Origin: an uncultured Gammaproteobacteria bacterium
GTDB lineage: Bacteria > Patescibacteriota > Patescibacteriia > UBA9934 > GWF2-40-263
NCBI GenBank assembly: GCA_964538435.1
Contig: CAZIDX010000003.1
Location: 110,039-174,038 of the forward strand
Reading direction: 5' to 3'
DNA: 64,000 nt
Below, one piece after another: positions 30,094-39,599 of this stretch. Both the position numbers and the translations under genes were made by a program. Each line of letters starts with the position of its first letter. Position 1 is the stretch's first letter. The notes beneath the pieces were generated by a model. It ran no database searches. It was given only the letters and a program-made list of their open reading frames with translations, and was not told the DNA's origin.

Positions 30094-32280
30094 TCACTTG
30101 CACAAGATCGCGCGATCGCGCGCTGGCATGCTAGGGTCCGAGCACAGATCCCGACCCTTGGGCTTGGGTGCCGGGGCCGAAGCCTGCACCACCGTACCCT
30201 TGCGCTTCTCGAAGGTGTCCCCACTCGCGTAGGTGATCTCCTTCTCACGCATGCGGCTACCCGTAGTCGGGTCCACGGTCGTGATGTCCGTAACCGACAC
30301 CTTGGGATCCACGATGTCTGTGAGAACCAGCTTCTCGGCCGGATCTGCAAACCAGACGTAACCCATCATGGCCACGAGGATCAGGCCGATGCACGCACCA
30401 GCCCACCGCACCTTGCTGCGCACGTTGTAGAAGCGCGCACCGATCTTGACAGGCCGAACGCTCAGGCGGTGAACCAGAAGCGCGAACACTAGGCCCATGA
30501 CCGCAACTGCCACCGTGGACAACCACTTGGAAGCGACCACCATCTTGGCGATGAAGGCCCAGGCCATCCCCACGAGGGTCAGACCGGTCACGAACTCGCC
30601 CGTGTGAGCACTGAGCGTACCGCACAGGTACACCATAACGATCGGCACCACACCAATCGCGTACTCGATGTACACAATGCTATTGGCGTACTTCTGGCGC
30701 GCCCTGTGGTTGTAGCCGATATCCACCAGGCCCATGGCCGTGGCGATCGGGGTGAGCACACCCACCACCAGGAGCAGTCGCCAGATCACGTCGATACCCA
30801 GCAGAGCTGAGACAACGGACATACCACCGAAGACGATGGCAAAGGCGCTGATCTTGCGACCGAGCGACTTCATCCAGTCGACCTCGCCCTTGAGGCCCGG
30901 GATGGCATCCAGTAGCTTCTGCCAGATCGGCAGGACCCAGGTGAGGGCCCAGATCATGACATAGCCCTTGATCATCGTGTAGGCAGCGTACTTGACACCA
31001 GACACCGTCTCACCGCCGAGCTGAGCCACAGCATCAGGCTGAGTGCTGAACCCATCGATGAACATCAGGATGAACTGGAGGAACCCGAACAGGTACAGCG
31101 CCGCAGCAGCCACGAACGGCGAAGCCACCAGGATGGTGACCAGGAACATGGCAACCGGGTTGAACCCCCGATTTCGGGCAGCCTCGATGATGGACGAGGC
31201 CAGCAGAAGGATCTTGTTGCTAGCCTGCAGTTCAGCCTTGAGCCACTTGTCCAGCACGCTCTTGGCATCCAGGTAGTCCTCACGCTCGAAGGTCGGCCGG
31301 TTCTGATCCCGGTCGATCACGAGCGGCGCGAACGGCCCGCCGAACAGGCGGTTGATGTCGTCCGGGCTGACCTTGTCAGGCAGATCCTTGGACAGATCCT
31401 CGGCCACGATATCCTCGAGGCCACCGAACCGACGGCTAGCGCGCGAGTAGGCCTGAATGCACAGGACCGAATCGTCACTGAGCCGCTGGGCCCAGGAGCG
31501 CTTGGGGCCGAACAGGCGACGAACTTCTTCGATGTCGCCAGGAGTGGCACCACCGGCCTGCATGATCTCCACGACCCGCTCGGGCGGAACGTTTTCATAC
31601 GGGAACGGCTGACCAGGAACGATCACGGTCTGACGATTCCGGGCATTGCCACGCGTCTCACGACGGGCCGCATTGGCAGCGACCCACATGTCATGGGCAT
31701 TGGCCCACTCGTTGGTCGAGCCGCTGGCATCCCGACACATGGGGACGTTGTCGTCGTAGCGGCGGATCTCTCCGTTGTCGTCGAGCAGTGCGATGAACAC
31801 ACGCCCGGGAACGAGCCGCGTGCGAAACACGCGATCCATGACGCCAGTACGGTCTGCCTGCGCCACGGTGGGGCTGTTCTGGACATTATCCACCCAACCG
31901 CGGAGGATGTCGGAGAACGAGTCACCAACACCAACCGTTGCGGCCGGCAGCATCTGGAACATGGTGCGCGCGGTCTGCGCGAACACGCTGTTGTCGTCGG
32001 GGAGGATGTGCTGCGAGAGATTGCGCGAGGCAATCCAACGCCCAAGCCCAGCAGCCAGGATGTGCGGACCGTAGGTGGCACCTGGAATGGCGCCGACGAT
32101 TCGACGAGCGGCACGCTCGAAGTTCCGGTTGCCAGTCAGGTTCTCCAGAGCACTACGAACGGCCGCACGCGGATCTTCTCCACGCGACTGCGCGTTTGCC
32201 AGAGCTCGGTTGATGGTCTCACGGAACAACCGTTCCGTTACCTCATTTGCGAGGCCAGTTGCGATGGTTCCTGCACTCAT
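30094..32280 (-). CDS. large hypothetical membrane protein (cytoplasmic N-domain ~400 aa plus ~10 TM helices); high-GC island
   Basis: Start chosen at MSAGTIATGL, 7 nt after an AGGAGA RBS; the ORF track extends it to 32418. No recognisable catalytic motif. Confidence 0.45.
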   Translation of the reverse strand: MSAGTIATGLANEVTERLFRETINRALANAQSRGEDPRAAVRSALENLTGNRNFERAARRIVGAIPGATYGPHILAAGLGRWIASRNLSQHILPDDNSVFAQTARTMFQMLPAATVGVGDSFSDILRGWVDNVQNSPTVAQADRTGVMDRVFRTRLVPGRVFIALLDDNGEIRRYDDNVPMCRDASGSTNEWANAHDMWVAANAARRETRGNARNRQTVIVPGQPFPYENVPPERVVEIMQAGGATPGDIEEVRRLFGPKRSWAQRLSDDSVLCIQAYSRASRRFGGLEDIVAEDLSKDLPDKVSPDDINRLFGGPFAPLVIDRDQNRPTFEREDYLDAKSVLDKWLKAELQASNKILLLASSIIEAARNRGFNPVAMFLVTILVASPFVAAAALYLFGFLQFILMFIDGFSTQPDAVAQLGGETVSGVKYAAYTMIKGYVMIWALTWVLPIWQKLLDAIPGLKGEVDWMKSLGRKISAFAIVFGGMSVVSALLGIDVIWRLLLVVGVLTPIATAMGLVDIGYNHRARQKYANSIVYIEYAIGVVPIVMVYLCGTLSAHTGEFVTGLTLVGMAWAFIAKMVVASKWLSTVAVAVMGLVFALLVHRLSVRPVKIGARFYNVRSKVRWAGACIGLILVAMMGYVWFADPAEKLVLTDIVDPKVSVTDITTVDPTTGSRMREKEITYASGDTFEKRKGTVVQASAPAPKPKGRDLCSDPSMPARDRAILCK

Positions 32281-32487
32281 GGCGATCTCCTGTGTGCGCG
32301 GGCAATGCCCTGCGTCTTGTAGGTTTTGATGAACTGAAAACGACATCCAAACAGCCTCGAGGTTGCCCCCAAAGCCGCTCAGAATCGGAAAACCTTCTCT
32401 TTGTGGACGCAAAGTCACACACAGAAGAAGGTAGGTTTATACCATATTTTGGGCTTTTTGTCAATCTGTCTTGACGTATCAAAATCA

Positions 32488-32516
32488 AAAAACAGCTGTA
32501 TTTCAAGCTGTTTTTA
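32488..32516. terminator. bidirectional rho-independent terminator aaaaaacagctgtatttcaagctgttttt at the right edge of the high-GC island
   Basis: Stem acagct/agctgt flanked by A6 and T5. Confidence 0.65.
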
Positions 32517-32542
32517 CACTCTGTTGATAGTTGCAAACAAAT

Positions 32543-33724
32543 CTATTCAAGCTCTTGAACTAACTCAGAAATGGTTTCTTGCTTATCAATCGCATTTGTA
32601 ACTATTTTTCGGTCCAAATTACGCCCAACAATCACAGCACCCACAACTCGACCCTCTCGACCAAAAAGCTGAGTAATTCCCCCAGCCTCTTTTGACCCAA
32701 CAAGCTTAACCTCATCTGCCGCGCTAATCTCCACATCTCCCACAAAAATCACATCAAGCCCAAGCACCTTCATTGCATACGAAGACACAAGCCTAAACCC
32801 TGTCCTCTCTCCAAACATGTTTCTAGCCACGCACCGCCCCTGACTGATCGCATTCATCCAAGTCCCAATCGTCATCTGTCGTCCTATAACAACATCATCA
32901 AACTCTGCGACGTCCCCAGCTGCATACACATCTTTCAGGTTTGTCTCTAAAAACTCATTTGTCTTAATCCCAACATTTGTATTAAGCGACTCATCAAGCC
33001 AAAGAAAGTCTGACTTCACTCCAATACCCACACCCAGCACATTGCAGGCATACTCCCCACTTGCAGTTAAAACCCCCGTCAGTTCCTTCTCACCCTGAAG
33101 CTCTTTAAGCTCAGAGTTTGGCCTCACGTCCACACCCTGTACGCTGAGATGATCGTTAACAAACTCTCCAACCTCCCTCTCAAGCAAACGATTCCAAAAA
33201 TGATCCCCTCGCATGATGAGTGTGGTGGAAATTTCTCTATGCGCAAACAAATTAAGATACTCCATTGCAATAAACCCTCCACCATAAATCACTGCCCTGC
33301 CATCTTCTGGAAACTCTTGCATAAGCTGCTTAATATGATCCGCATCATCAATCGTGCGAAAGTACATCACCCCACGCAGATCATCATCAATCGGCCGCAC
33401 TTCTTTTCCAGTTGCAATCAGAAGCTTGTCATACTCAATCTCGCGCTCACTATGAAGGCGAACAAACTTATTCTTCGCATCATGCGACTGCACCACCTCA
33501 CCACGAAGCCACTCTATTCTTTGCTCCGCATACCACTCAGGCTTTTTCAAAAACACCCGCTCCCGCTCAACCTTATCCTGAACGTAGTGACCCAAAAGCA
33601 CCCGCGAGTAAAGCGGATGCTGCTCTTCACAAATCAAAGTGATCTCAGACTCGGGGTCAAGCCTACGAAGCTCCTCTGCAGCCGTTGTTCCAGCCACTCC
33701 ACCACCGACAATCACGTATCGCAT
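32543..33724 (-). CDS. FAD-dependent pyridine-nucleotide-disulfide oxidoreductase (NADH oxidase/CoA-disulfide-reductase-like)
   Basis: N-terminal MRYVIVGGGVAGTTAAEEL (GxGxxG), a second Rossmann motif VIYGGGFIAMEY, and AAGDVAE. Confidence 0.75.
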   Translation of the reverse strand: MRYVIVGGGVAGTTAAEELRRLDPESEITLICEEQHPLYSRVLLGHYVQDKVERERVFLKKPEWYAEQRIEWLRGEVVQSHDAKNKFVRLHSEREIEYDKLLIATGKEVRPIDDDLRGVMYFRTIDDADHIKQLMQEFPEDGRAVIYGGGFIAMEYLNLFAHREISTTLIMRGDHFWNRLLEREVGEFVNDHLSVQGVDVRPNSELKELQGEKELTGVLTASGEYACNVLGVGIGVKSDFLWLDESLNTNVGIKTNEFLETNLKDVYAAGDVAEFDDVVIGRQMTIGTWMNAISQGRCVARNMFGERTGFRLVSSYAMKVLGLDVIFVGDVEISAADEVKLVGSKEAGGITQLFGREGRVVGAVIVGRNLDRKIVTNAIDKQETISELVQELE

Positions 33725-33727
33725 AAT

Positions 33728-33997
33728 CTACATGTCAGGAAATAATTGATTCCCTTCTTCATCAAAAATAAATACAGCAAGCGTTGGGCACGACTGAGCG
33801 CCAAGCAAAATAGTCTCGTACTCGTCCTCTGTCACCTCCATTGAACGCTCATACATATGCCCATCAGGCTCTGTGCCATGATCCAAAACCCAAGCCTTGT
33901 TCTCTTCGTTCATCGCAAATGTCTCAGGAGCAATTGTGACGCAACTTGCTGCGCCGATACACAGGTCTTCATCAACCCGCACCTTGATTTTTTTCAT
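33728..33997 (-). CDS. small [4Fe-4S] ferredoxin
   Basis: MKKIKVRVDEDLCIGAASCVTIAPETF...AQSCPTLAVFIFDEE; a CxxAxxC...CP mono-cluster ferredoxin pattern. Confidence 0.6.
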   Translation of the reverse strand: MKKIKVRVDEDLCIGAASCVTIAPETFAMNEENKAWVLDHGTEPDGHMYERSMEVTEDEYETILLGAQSCPTLAVFIFDEEGNQLFPDM

Positions 33998-34125
33998 ATA
34001 CAAATAGTTATTTCGTTCCTTGTAAGCGAGACGAGGTGGCCAAGTCTCAATTTGCAACATCTCCTCGAGCTGGGGCGTTCGACGCCGGGTTCCAGCGAGA
34101 GTGTGATGTTGTGAATTGAGACTTC

Positions 34126-34797
34126 CTATCCAAAATATTTCTCTTTATAAAAACGAATGAGCTCCTCAACCGCAGGCAAACAACCTGGATTCCCAAGCCC
34201 AACCTTAGTCTTTTGCTGAACAAGCTCGATTGTGTGAGCCCCTTCAAGCACAGCCTCCTCGATATCAGAATCCGTAACTTTTGATACAGAATCAATAATT
34301 CGCGCTGATTCCTTGATGATTTTATCAAATTGTTCAGTTCTACGATAGAAATCATTAATCGCATCTCGGAGCGCCTTATCGCACAGCACACTGCAATGAA
34401 ACTTCCTCTGAGGCAAACCTCCAAGACGGCTCATAATGTCTTGCGGTTTAATCTTCCGAGCCTCTTCAAGTGTCATACCACCATTCTCAGTCACCATCAC
34501 ACTCGTCATCGAAGTAGAAGCGATCGCACTCCCACATCCAAACGTTTTCCATTTAAACTCAGTAATCTTTTCCGTCTCAAGATCAACACAAAGCCAAACC
34601 CTAAGCTCATCACCACAGGCAGGAGACCCAACCTTTCCATTCGCATTGAACTGACTCTCATCTACCTCGCCCTTAAGAAAATTCTTCGGATCAAAAAAAT
34701 GTTCCTTCACCACATCCGTATAAAACCAAGACTGAGACTTGTCACGACTAGACACGTCCCCACCTTTTCCCTGAATTGGATCTGATGAATGACTCAT
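34126..34797 (-). CDS. iscU: Fe-S cluster assembly scaffold (IscU/NifU N-terminal domain) with a C-terminal extension
   Basis: ...GSPACGDELRVWL...FGCGSAIASTSM...RKFHCSVL...; the three conserved Cys are in canonical context. Confidence 0.8.
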   Translation of the reverse strand: MSHSSDPIQGKGGDVSSRDKSQSWFYTDVVKEHFFDPKNFLKGEVDESQFNANGKVGSPACGDELRVWLCVDLETEKITEFKWKTFGCGSAIASTSMTSVMVTENGGMTLEEARKIKPQDIMSRLGGLPQRKFHCSVLCDKALRDAINDFYRRTEQFDKIIKESARIIDSVSKVTDSDIEEAVLEGAHTIELVQQKTKVGLGNPGCLPAVEELIRFYKEKYFG

Positions 34798-34819
34798 AAT
34801 TCTTACAAAACCACAGTGA

Positions 34820-34937
34820 GCAACAATGATATTGCTTTGGTTTTAAGTGAGGACGGTCCTAGCACCGAGATCAAGCGCGAAGCGCGCAGAGATCGGGCGC
34901 CGTTCCGCAGCAAAAACCAAAGCAATATCATTGTTGC
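34820..34937 (+). ncRNA. candidate structured RNA or miniature palindromic element, copy 1 (25-bp perfect terminal stem around a 68-nt conserved core)
   Basis: 5' arm gcaacaatgatattgctttggtttt and 3' arm aaaaccaaagcaatatcattgttgc are perfectly complementary. The core is aagtgaggacggtcctagcaccgagatcaagcgcgaagcgcgcagagatcgggcgccgttccgcagca. It lies in the nifS-iscU intergenic space. Confidence 0.45.
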
Positions 34938-34945
34938 GATCCCCC

Positions 34946-36148
34946 TTATTCAAAATATTTCTCATCAACACTCACAGGACTAATACTACGAAGCTTTTCA
35001 ACAAGCGGCGGAAGTGTCTCAAGGACGTAATCAATGTCTTCCTCAGTCGTTCCCTTTCCAAGCGAAAACCGAATTGACCCATGCGCAACCTCATACGGAA
35101 GCCCAAGCGCCAAAATCACATGCGAAGGATCAAGCGATGCACTCGTACACGCACTCCCAGTCGAAGCTGCAATCCCAGCCGCATCAAGGTAAAGCAGAAG
35201 TGCCTCTCCCTCAATATCCATAAACGAAATATTCACATTATTACAAAGCCGTTCTTTTGCACTTCCATTCAACCGAGTTTTCTCTACTCGACTCTGTATC
35301 CCCTCAATAAATTTATCGCGAAGCAAGGTCAACCGTTCCATCTCACTCTGTCGATTCGCCTGTGCCAGCTCAAGCGCCTTGCCAAGCCCCACAATCCCAG
35401 CAACGTTTTCTGTTCCTGGACGAAGACCACGCTCTTGAGCGCCACCAAACTGCAAAGGCTCAAGCTTGACCCCACGCCGAGCATACAAAAGCCCAACACC
35501 TTTTGGTCCATAAATCTTTGAACCGTTGAGTGCAAGCATGTCCGCATGAAGCTTTTCAAGATTCAGTTCCAAATACCCAGCCACCTGACACGCATCAGTG
35601 TGAAACACAAGCTCTGGACGGTTATGCTCTGCGCGCCACTTGCTGATCATGTTCCCAATATCCCGAATCGGCAAGATGGTTCCGATCTCGTTATTTGCAA
35701 ACATGATACTCACAAGAATCGTATCCTCACGAAGCGCTGCCTCAACCTGTTCTACTGTAATCATCCCATCACGATCAGGTTCAAGATACGTCACTTCAAA
35801 CCCCTCCTTCTTCTCAAGATGAAGCACAGCCTCAAGCACAGCATGATGTTCAATCTTTGTTGTGATGATGTGCTTCCCAGCCTGTCTATTCTTCCGCGCA
35901 TACCCCAAGATCGCCAAGTTATCTGATTCAGTTCCACCAGACGTAAACAAAATCTCATCTGGCCGACACGAAAGCACGCCAGCAATTCTTTCTCGAGTCT
36001 CATTCAATGCATCCTTCACCTCTTTCCCCTGCGAGTGAAAACTCGATGGATTCCCAAACCTTTCTTCAAGGTACGGCAACATCACCGCTTTAACCTGTGG
36101 GTCAAGCGGCGTCGTAGCAGCATAATCTAGATAAACGTTTCTTTGCAT
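34946..36148 (-). CDS. cysteine desulfurase (NifS/IscS family)
   Basis: Start at MQRNVYLDYAATTPLDP...; ...SGGTESDNLAI...; and ...SSGSACTSASLDPSHVILALG, the active-site Cys loop. Confidence 0.85.
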   Translation of the reverse strand: MQRNVYLDYAATTPLDPQVKAVMLPYLEERFGNPSSFHSQGKEVKDALNETRERIAGVLSCRPDEILFTSGGTESDNLAILGYARKNRQAGKHIITTKIEHHAVLEAVLHLEKKEGFEVTYLEPDRDGMITVEQVEAALREDTILVSIMFANNEIGTILPIRDIGNMISKWRAEHNRPELVFHTDACQVAGYLELNLEKLHADMLALNGSKIYGPKGVGLLYARRGVKLEPLQFGGAQERGLRPGTENVAGIVGLGKALELAQANRQSEMERLTLLRDKFIEGIQSRVEKTRLNGSAKERLCNNVNISFMDIEGEALLLYLDAAGIAASTGSACTSASLDPSHVILALGLPYEVAHGSIRFSLGKGTTEEDIDYVLETLPPLVEKLRSISPVSVDEKYFE

Positions 36149-36299
36149 AAGCAATAACTCCCCCACCCAACGTGGAGCAAAAGCCTCTAAATTAGCAATA
36201 CCTACTCCAGAAATGTCGTCGATTTCTCCAAGAAAAACGTATTGCAAACACGGCTGAGCGTAACAAAAAAAACCCTATTTAGCAAGGATTCCACCCCAA

Positions 36300-37181
36300 C
36301 TATTTCATCCAAGATAAAAACAGCTCACCAAGATCGATCCCAGCAACCTGCAGCGCCTTTGGAAGCAAAGACTCATTAGTGAGCCCTGGAATCGTATTAA
36401 TTTCAATAAACCAAACTCCTCCTTGCTCATCAACCATCATGTCACTGCGCGAGAGATGCCGCGCTCCCAAAACATCGTGAGCTCGAAGAGCCATCTCATG
36501 AAGCTTTAGCTCCAACTCAGTGTCAATACATGCAGGACAAACCTCATCAGCAAGCGCACTGTCGTACTTGCTTTCAAAATCAAAAAAGTCGTTCTTAGAT
36601 TTAATCTCCACCACCGGCAAAGCCCGATGCTCACCCTCATGCTCAACAACAGCCACAGTAAACTCCCTACCAGTCACAAGATCCTCCACAAGCACACGCT
36701 CACTCTCCGCAAACGCACCCAAAAGCGCATCTGCATGCTGCTCCCCGGTTCGTGCAAGCTGAATCCCGATCGAACTCCCACCATCAAGCGGCTTCACAGC
36801 AACTGGTCTTTCAAAAACGTGATCTTCTCTCTTGTCCACCACAGCCCAATCAGGAGTCTGGATCCCATGCGCGCGAGCAAGTCTCTTTGTCACATCCTTA
36901 TCAAGCCCCATCGCATGCGCACTCACATCTGAAAACACAAACGGAACACCAAGTGTGTTAAGGAGGCCCTGAATCTCGCCACTCTCTCCACCTCGCCCAT
37001 GAAACACAGGTACAGCGCAAGAAATTTCCTCTCGCTCACTCACAAGCCTCTCAAGATCACCAGGAAGATCATACCAACTCAAATCAACATGATCCTCAAG
37101 TGCACCACGCACAGTCTCAGCTGAGCGAAGCGCAACCTCCCGCTCACTACTTGTCCCTCCAGTTAAAATGGCTACGTGCAT
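36300..37181 (-). CDS. ddl: D-alanine--D-alanine ligase
   Basis: MHVAILTGGTSSEREVALRSA..., an ATP-grasp core, and ...FIEINTIPGLT... Confidence 0.85.
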   Translation of the reverse strand: MHVAILTGGTSSEREVALRSAETVRGALEDHVDLSWYDLPGDLERLVSEREEISCAVPVFHGRGGESGEIQGLLNTLGVPFVFSDVSAHAMGLDKDVTKRLARAHGIQTPDWAVVDKREDHVFERPVAVKPLDGGSSIGIQLARTGEQHADALLGAFAESERVLVEDLVTGREFTVAVVEHEGEHRALPVVEIKSKNDFFDFESKYDSALADEVCPACIDTELELKLHEMALRAHDVLGARHLSRSDMMVDEQGGVWFIEINTIPGLTNESLLPKALQVAGIDLGELFLSWMK

Positions 37182-37182
37182 A

Positions 37183-38376
37183 TCAATAAATATCAGTAGT
37201 AGAAAGTGTTTTATGCATCATTAAGAGAATAAATGCAAACGGAACCGTCACAATAAACGGAATAAAGAAATACGTCATCTGAATCGAAATCCGCGACGCG
37301 GCGTACCCAAAAATCAAAACAGTGATTGTCTTAATAATCCCATTCCCAACCTCAATGATCGATAAAAAGCTTGATCTCGACCCTGAAGCAATAAGCTGAT
37401 TACGCACATCATTCATGGATGTTCGCATCACCCCCCAAAGAATCGATGGAAGAATAAGAATCCCTGCAGCAACCCACGGCGATTGAATGAACGCATAAAA
37501 CCCAAGCAAAAACAAAGACCAACCAGCACCAATCGCAAACATCCAAACAGGCGAAACTCTCTTTAGTATCACATGAGCATAGTGAGAACTGATTGTAGTC
37601 AAAAGTCGTTTGCACGCAAACACTGCGCCTAAGTAAACAATAATGAACCCCATCTCTTCCAAGAACAACTGATGGAACTCTGCAATCGCATACACTAAAC
37701 CAAGAAAAAGCGCCTGGTACAACCCAACCCAGAAAAACGGATGACTAAATGACAAAAGATGTTTATTCTTTTGCACCCCCTTCCAGAACCCAGAAAACCC
37801 CTCTTCTTTTTGAACAGAGTGAGTATCATCCCCATCCTTAATCGAATAAATAAAGTAAGCAGCCAGAATAAACTGAAGCACTCCAACCAGAAACGGAAGG
37901 TTAGGATCAACAACATAAAGCACCGAACCAAACGTCAGCATCACAATCCCCATTGCATTTGCAATCGCAAAACTCTGTCCCCAAAACTTCTTATGAAGAT
38001 GCAGCTGCTTTCGCTTCTCAAGAAGCTCATACAAAAACGCATCGTTCGTGCCTGTAAAAAGTGTCCCTGCTCCCCAGTAAAGCGCAGTTGCAATGAGCAT
38101 TCCCCAAAACCCTGATAGCGTAATGTACAAAAGCATCGAAAGCCCCTGGAGCAATGACGAGATAATCAGCGTGCGCTTATGCCCAAAGATATCCGCAATC
38201 GCACCGCTTGGCACCTCAAGCACCAACCCAAGAATTCCTGACACCGCAATCACATAACCAATCTGAGCCAAATCAAGCCCTTGCGAGAGCATGTACACAA
38301 GCACAATCGGCACCACAATCCTTTTGATAAGACCACGGTAAAGCGAGTAGCGATGAAAATCAGTGAGTTTAAACAT
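37183..38376 (-). CDS. MFS transporter
   Basis: 397 aa, ~12 TM helices, with a conserved loop motif after TM2. Confidence 0.65.
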   Translation of the reverse strand: MFKLTDFHRYSLYRGLIKRIVVPIVLVYMLSQGLDLAQIGYVIAVSGILGLVLEVPSGAIADIFGHKRTLIISSLLQGLSMLLYITLSGFWGMLIATALYWGAGTLFTGTNDAFLYELLEKRKQLHLHKKFWGQSFAIANAMGIVMLTFGSVLYVVDPNLPFLVGVLQFILAAYFIYSIKDGDDTHSVQKEEGFSGFWKGVQKNKHLLSFSHPFFWVGLYQALFLGLVYAIAEFHQLFLEEMGFIIVYLGAVFACKRLLTTISSHYAHVILKRVSPVWMFAIGAGWSLFLLGFYAFIQSPWVAAGILILPSILWGVMRTSMNDVRNQLIASGSRSSFLSIIEVGNGIIKTITVLIFGYAASRISIQMTYFFIPFIVTVPFAFILLMMHKTLSTTDIY

Positions 38377-38438
38377 GTAGATAAAGTATAGCAGGGATTG
38401 AAGAATTTCTCTGGATCTGATATTCTCACGCAGGTAAT

Positions 38439-38515
38439 GGCCACGTGGCGAAGTTGGTTAACGCGGGGGACTGCAAATCCTCTATGCGCCGGTTCGAATC
38501 CGGCCGTGGCCTCCA
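38439..38515 (+). tRNA. tRNA-Cys (anticodon GCA), CCA encoded
   Basis: ggccacgtggcgaagttggttaacgcgggggactgcaaatcctctatgcgccggttcgaatccggccgtggcctcca. Confidence 0.9.
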
Positions 38516-38526
38516 TCAACAAACAA

Positions 38527-38557
38527 AACACCTCTACCAATTGGAAGAGGTGTTTTT
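38527..38557 (+). terminator. rho-independent terminator aacacctct..agaggtgttttt after tRNA-Cys
   Basis: 9-bp stem plus T5. Confidence 0.7.
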
Positions 38558-38581
38558 CATATTACTTTCATCTCTTTGAGA

Positions 38582-38699
38582 GCAACAACTAGATCCATTT
38601 GTCTTTAAGTGAGGATGATCCTAGCACCGAGATCAAGCGCGTAGCGCGCAGAGATCGGGCGCCGTTCCGCAACAAAAGACAAGTGGGTCTAGTTGTTGC
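38582..38699 (+). ncRNA. candidate structured RNA or miniature palindromic element, copy 2
   Basis: Same 118-nt architecture as copy 1, with 4 changes in the 68-nt core. The terminal stem has a different sequence but is still complementary, with two G-U wobbles on the plus strand only. The outermost GCAACAA/TTGTTGC is conserved. Confidence 0.45.
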
Positions 38700-38707
38700 A
38701 ATTATCC

Positions 38708-39403
38708 TTAAAACGTTTCAATGGTTGCGTACTGCAATCCAAACGTCTTTGCCTCATCATACTCCTTCATCCACACATCCATCTTGTAATAGTATCGCGC
38801 GTTCATGCGGTCCTCCACATAAAACACACGGTCACCAAACAATTCTGGAATGCGAACCTGAGTTCCCATCGGCAAAAAGTTTGCTGCCACAACATTCTCT
38901 ACATTACGCTCACACACATCAAGCCCTGAGGCTGTGATGCATGGCGTGTCATCTGTCTGCGCAACGTCAGATGTGTACGCTGTAATCGGAATCGTAAATG
39001 AATACCGTGGTGTCGCATTCTCAGCCACAGGCAAACTTCCATACGCAAGCGTATCATTTTGCATTGCCTCAACAAGAAGTGCTGTGGTCTCCGCATCCGG
39101 ATGCGTTAGCTCAAAGAATGGGTCAGCATTAGCAACGGTTGGGAAACAAATATAGACAGCGACCACGAGCACAAACGAGACCCCAGACAAATTAAGTGCA
39201 TGCTTGCGAACTGGACGAACCAAACGCTCAAGCCGAACCCATTGTCCAAGAACTGCGCCAGCGCAAGTGCGCATGTAACACATATCCTCTTCCCAATAAA
39301 TCTTCAATTGTTCTGCCAAGCGGTGAGTATACTCACGCGCAAGTGTCTTGAATGTCTTATTCCACATACCCCACACATTCCTCCTGGAAATATCCAGATG
39401 CAT
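38708..39403 (-). CDS. 3D-domain (MltA/YocH-like) cell-wall protein
   Basis: ...ITAYTSDVAQTDDTPCITASGLDVCE..VVAANFLPMGTQVRIPELFGDRVFYVEDRMNARY... The likely start is the Met at 39274. Confidence 0.55.
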   Translation of the reverse strand: MHLDISRRNVWGMWNKTFKTLAREYTHRLAEQLKIYWEEDMCYMRTCAGAVLGQWVRLERLVRPVRKHALNLSGVSFVLVVAVYICFPTVANADPFFELTHPDAETTALLVEAMQNDTLAYGSLPVAENATPRYSFTIPITAYTSDVAQTDDTPCITASGLDVCERNVENVVAANFLPMGTQVRIPELFGDRVFYVEDRMNARYYYKMDVWMKEYDEAKTFGLQYATIETF

Positions 39404-39599
39404 AGGGCAGGCGGAATACCTGACGAAGCTCTAAACAAAAAGCGCTCCCTTGTTGGAAGCGACACAAGGGTACCATAAATACGCCTATCTGTCAATGACT
39501 TTATCCTCACTCCAGACAAACAAAAAAGTGATTTGAGCACTGATTTTCTTAATCAATTCACTCAAATCACTCACCGAATCACAAGGATGAATACTACCT

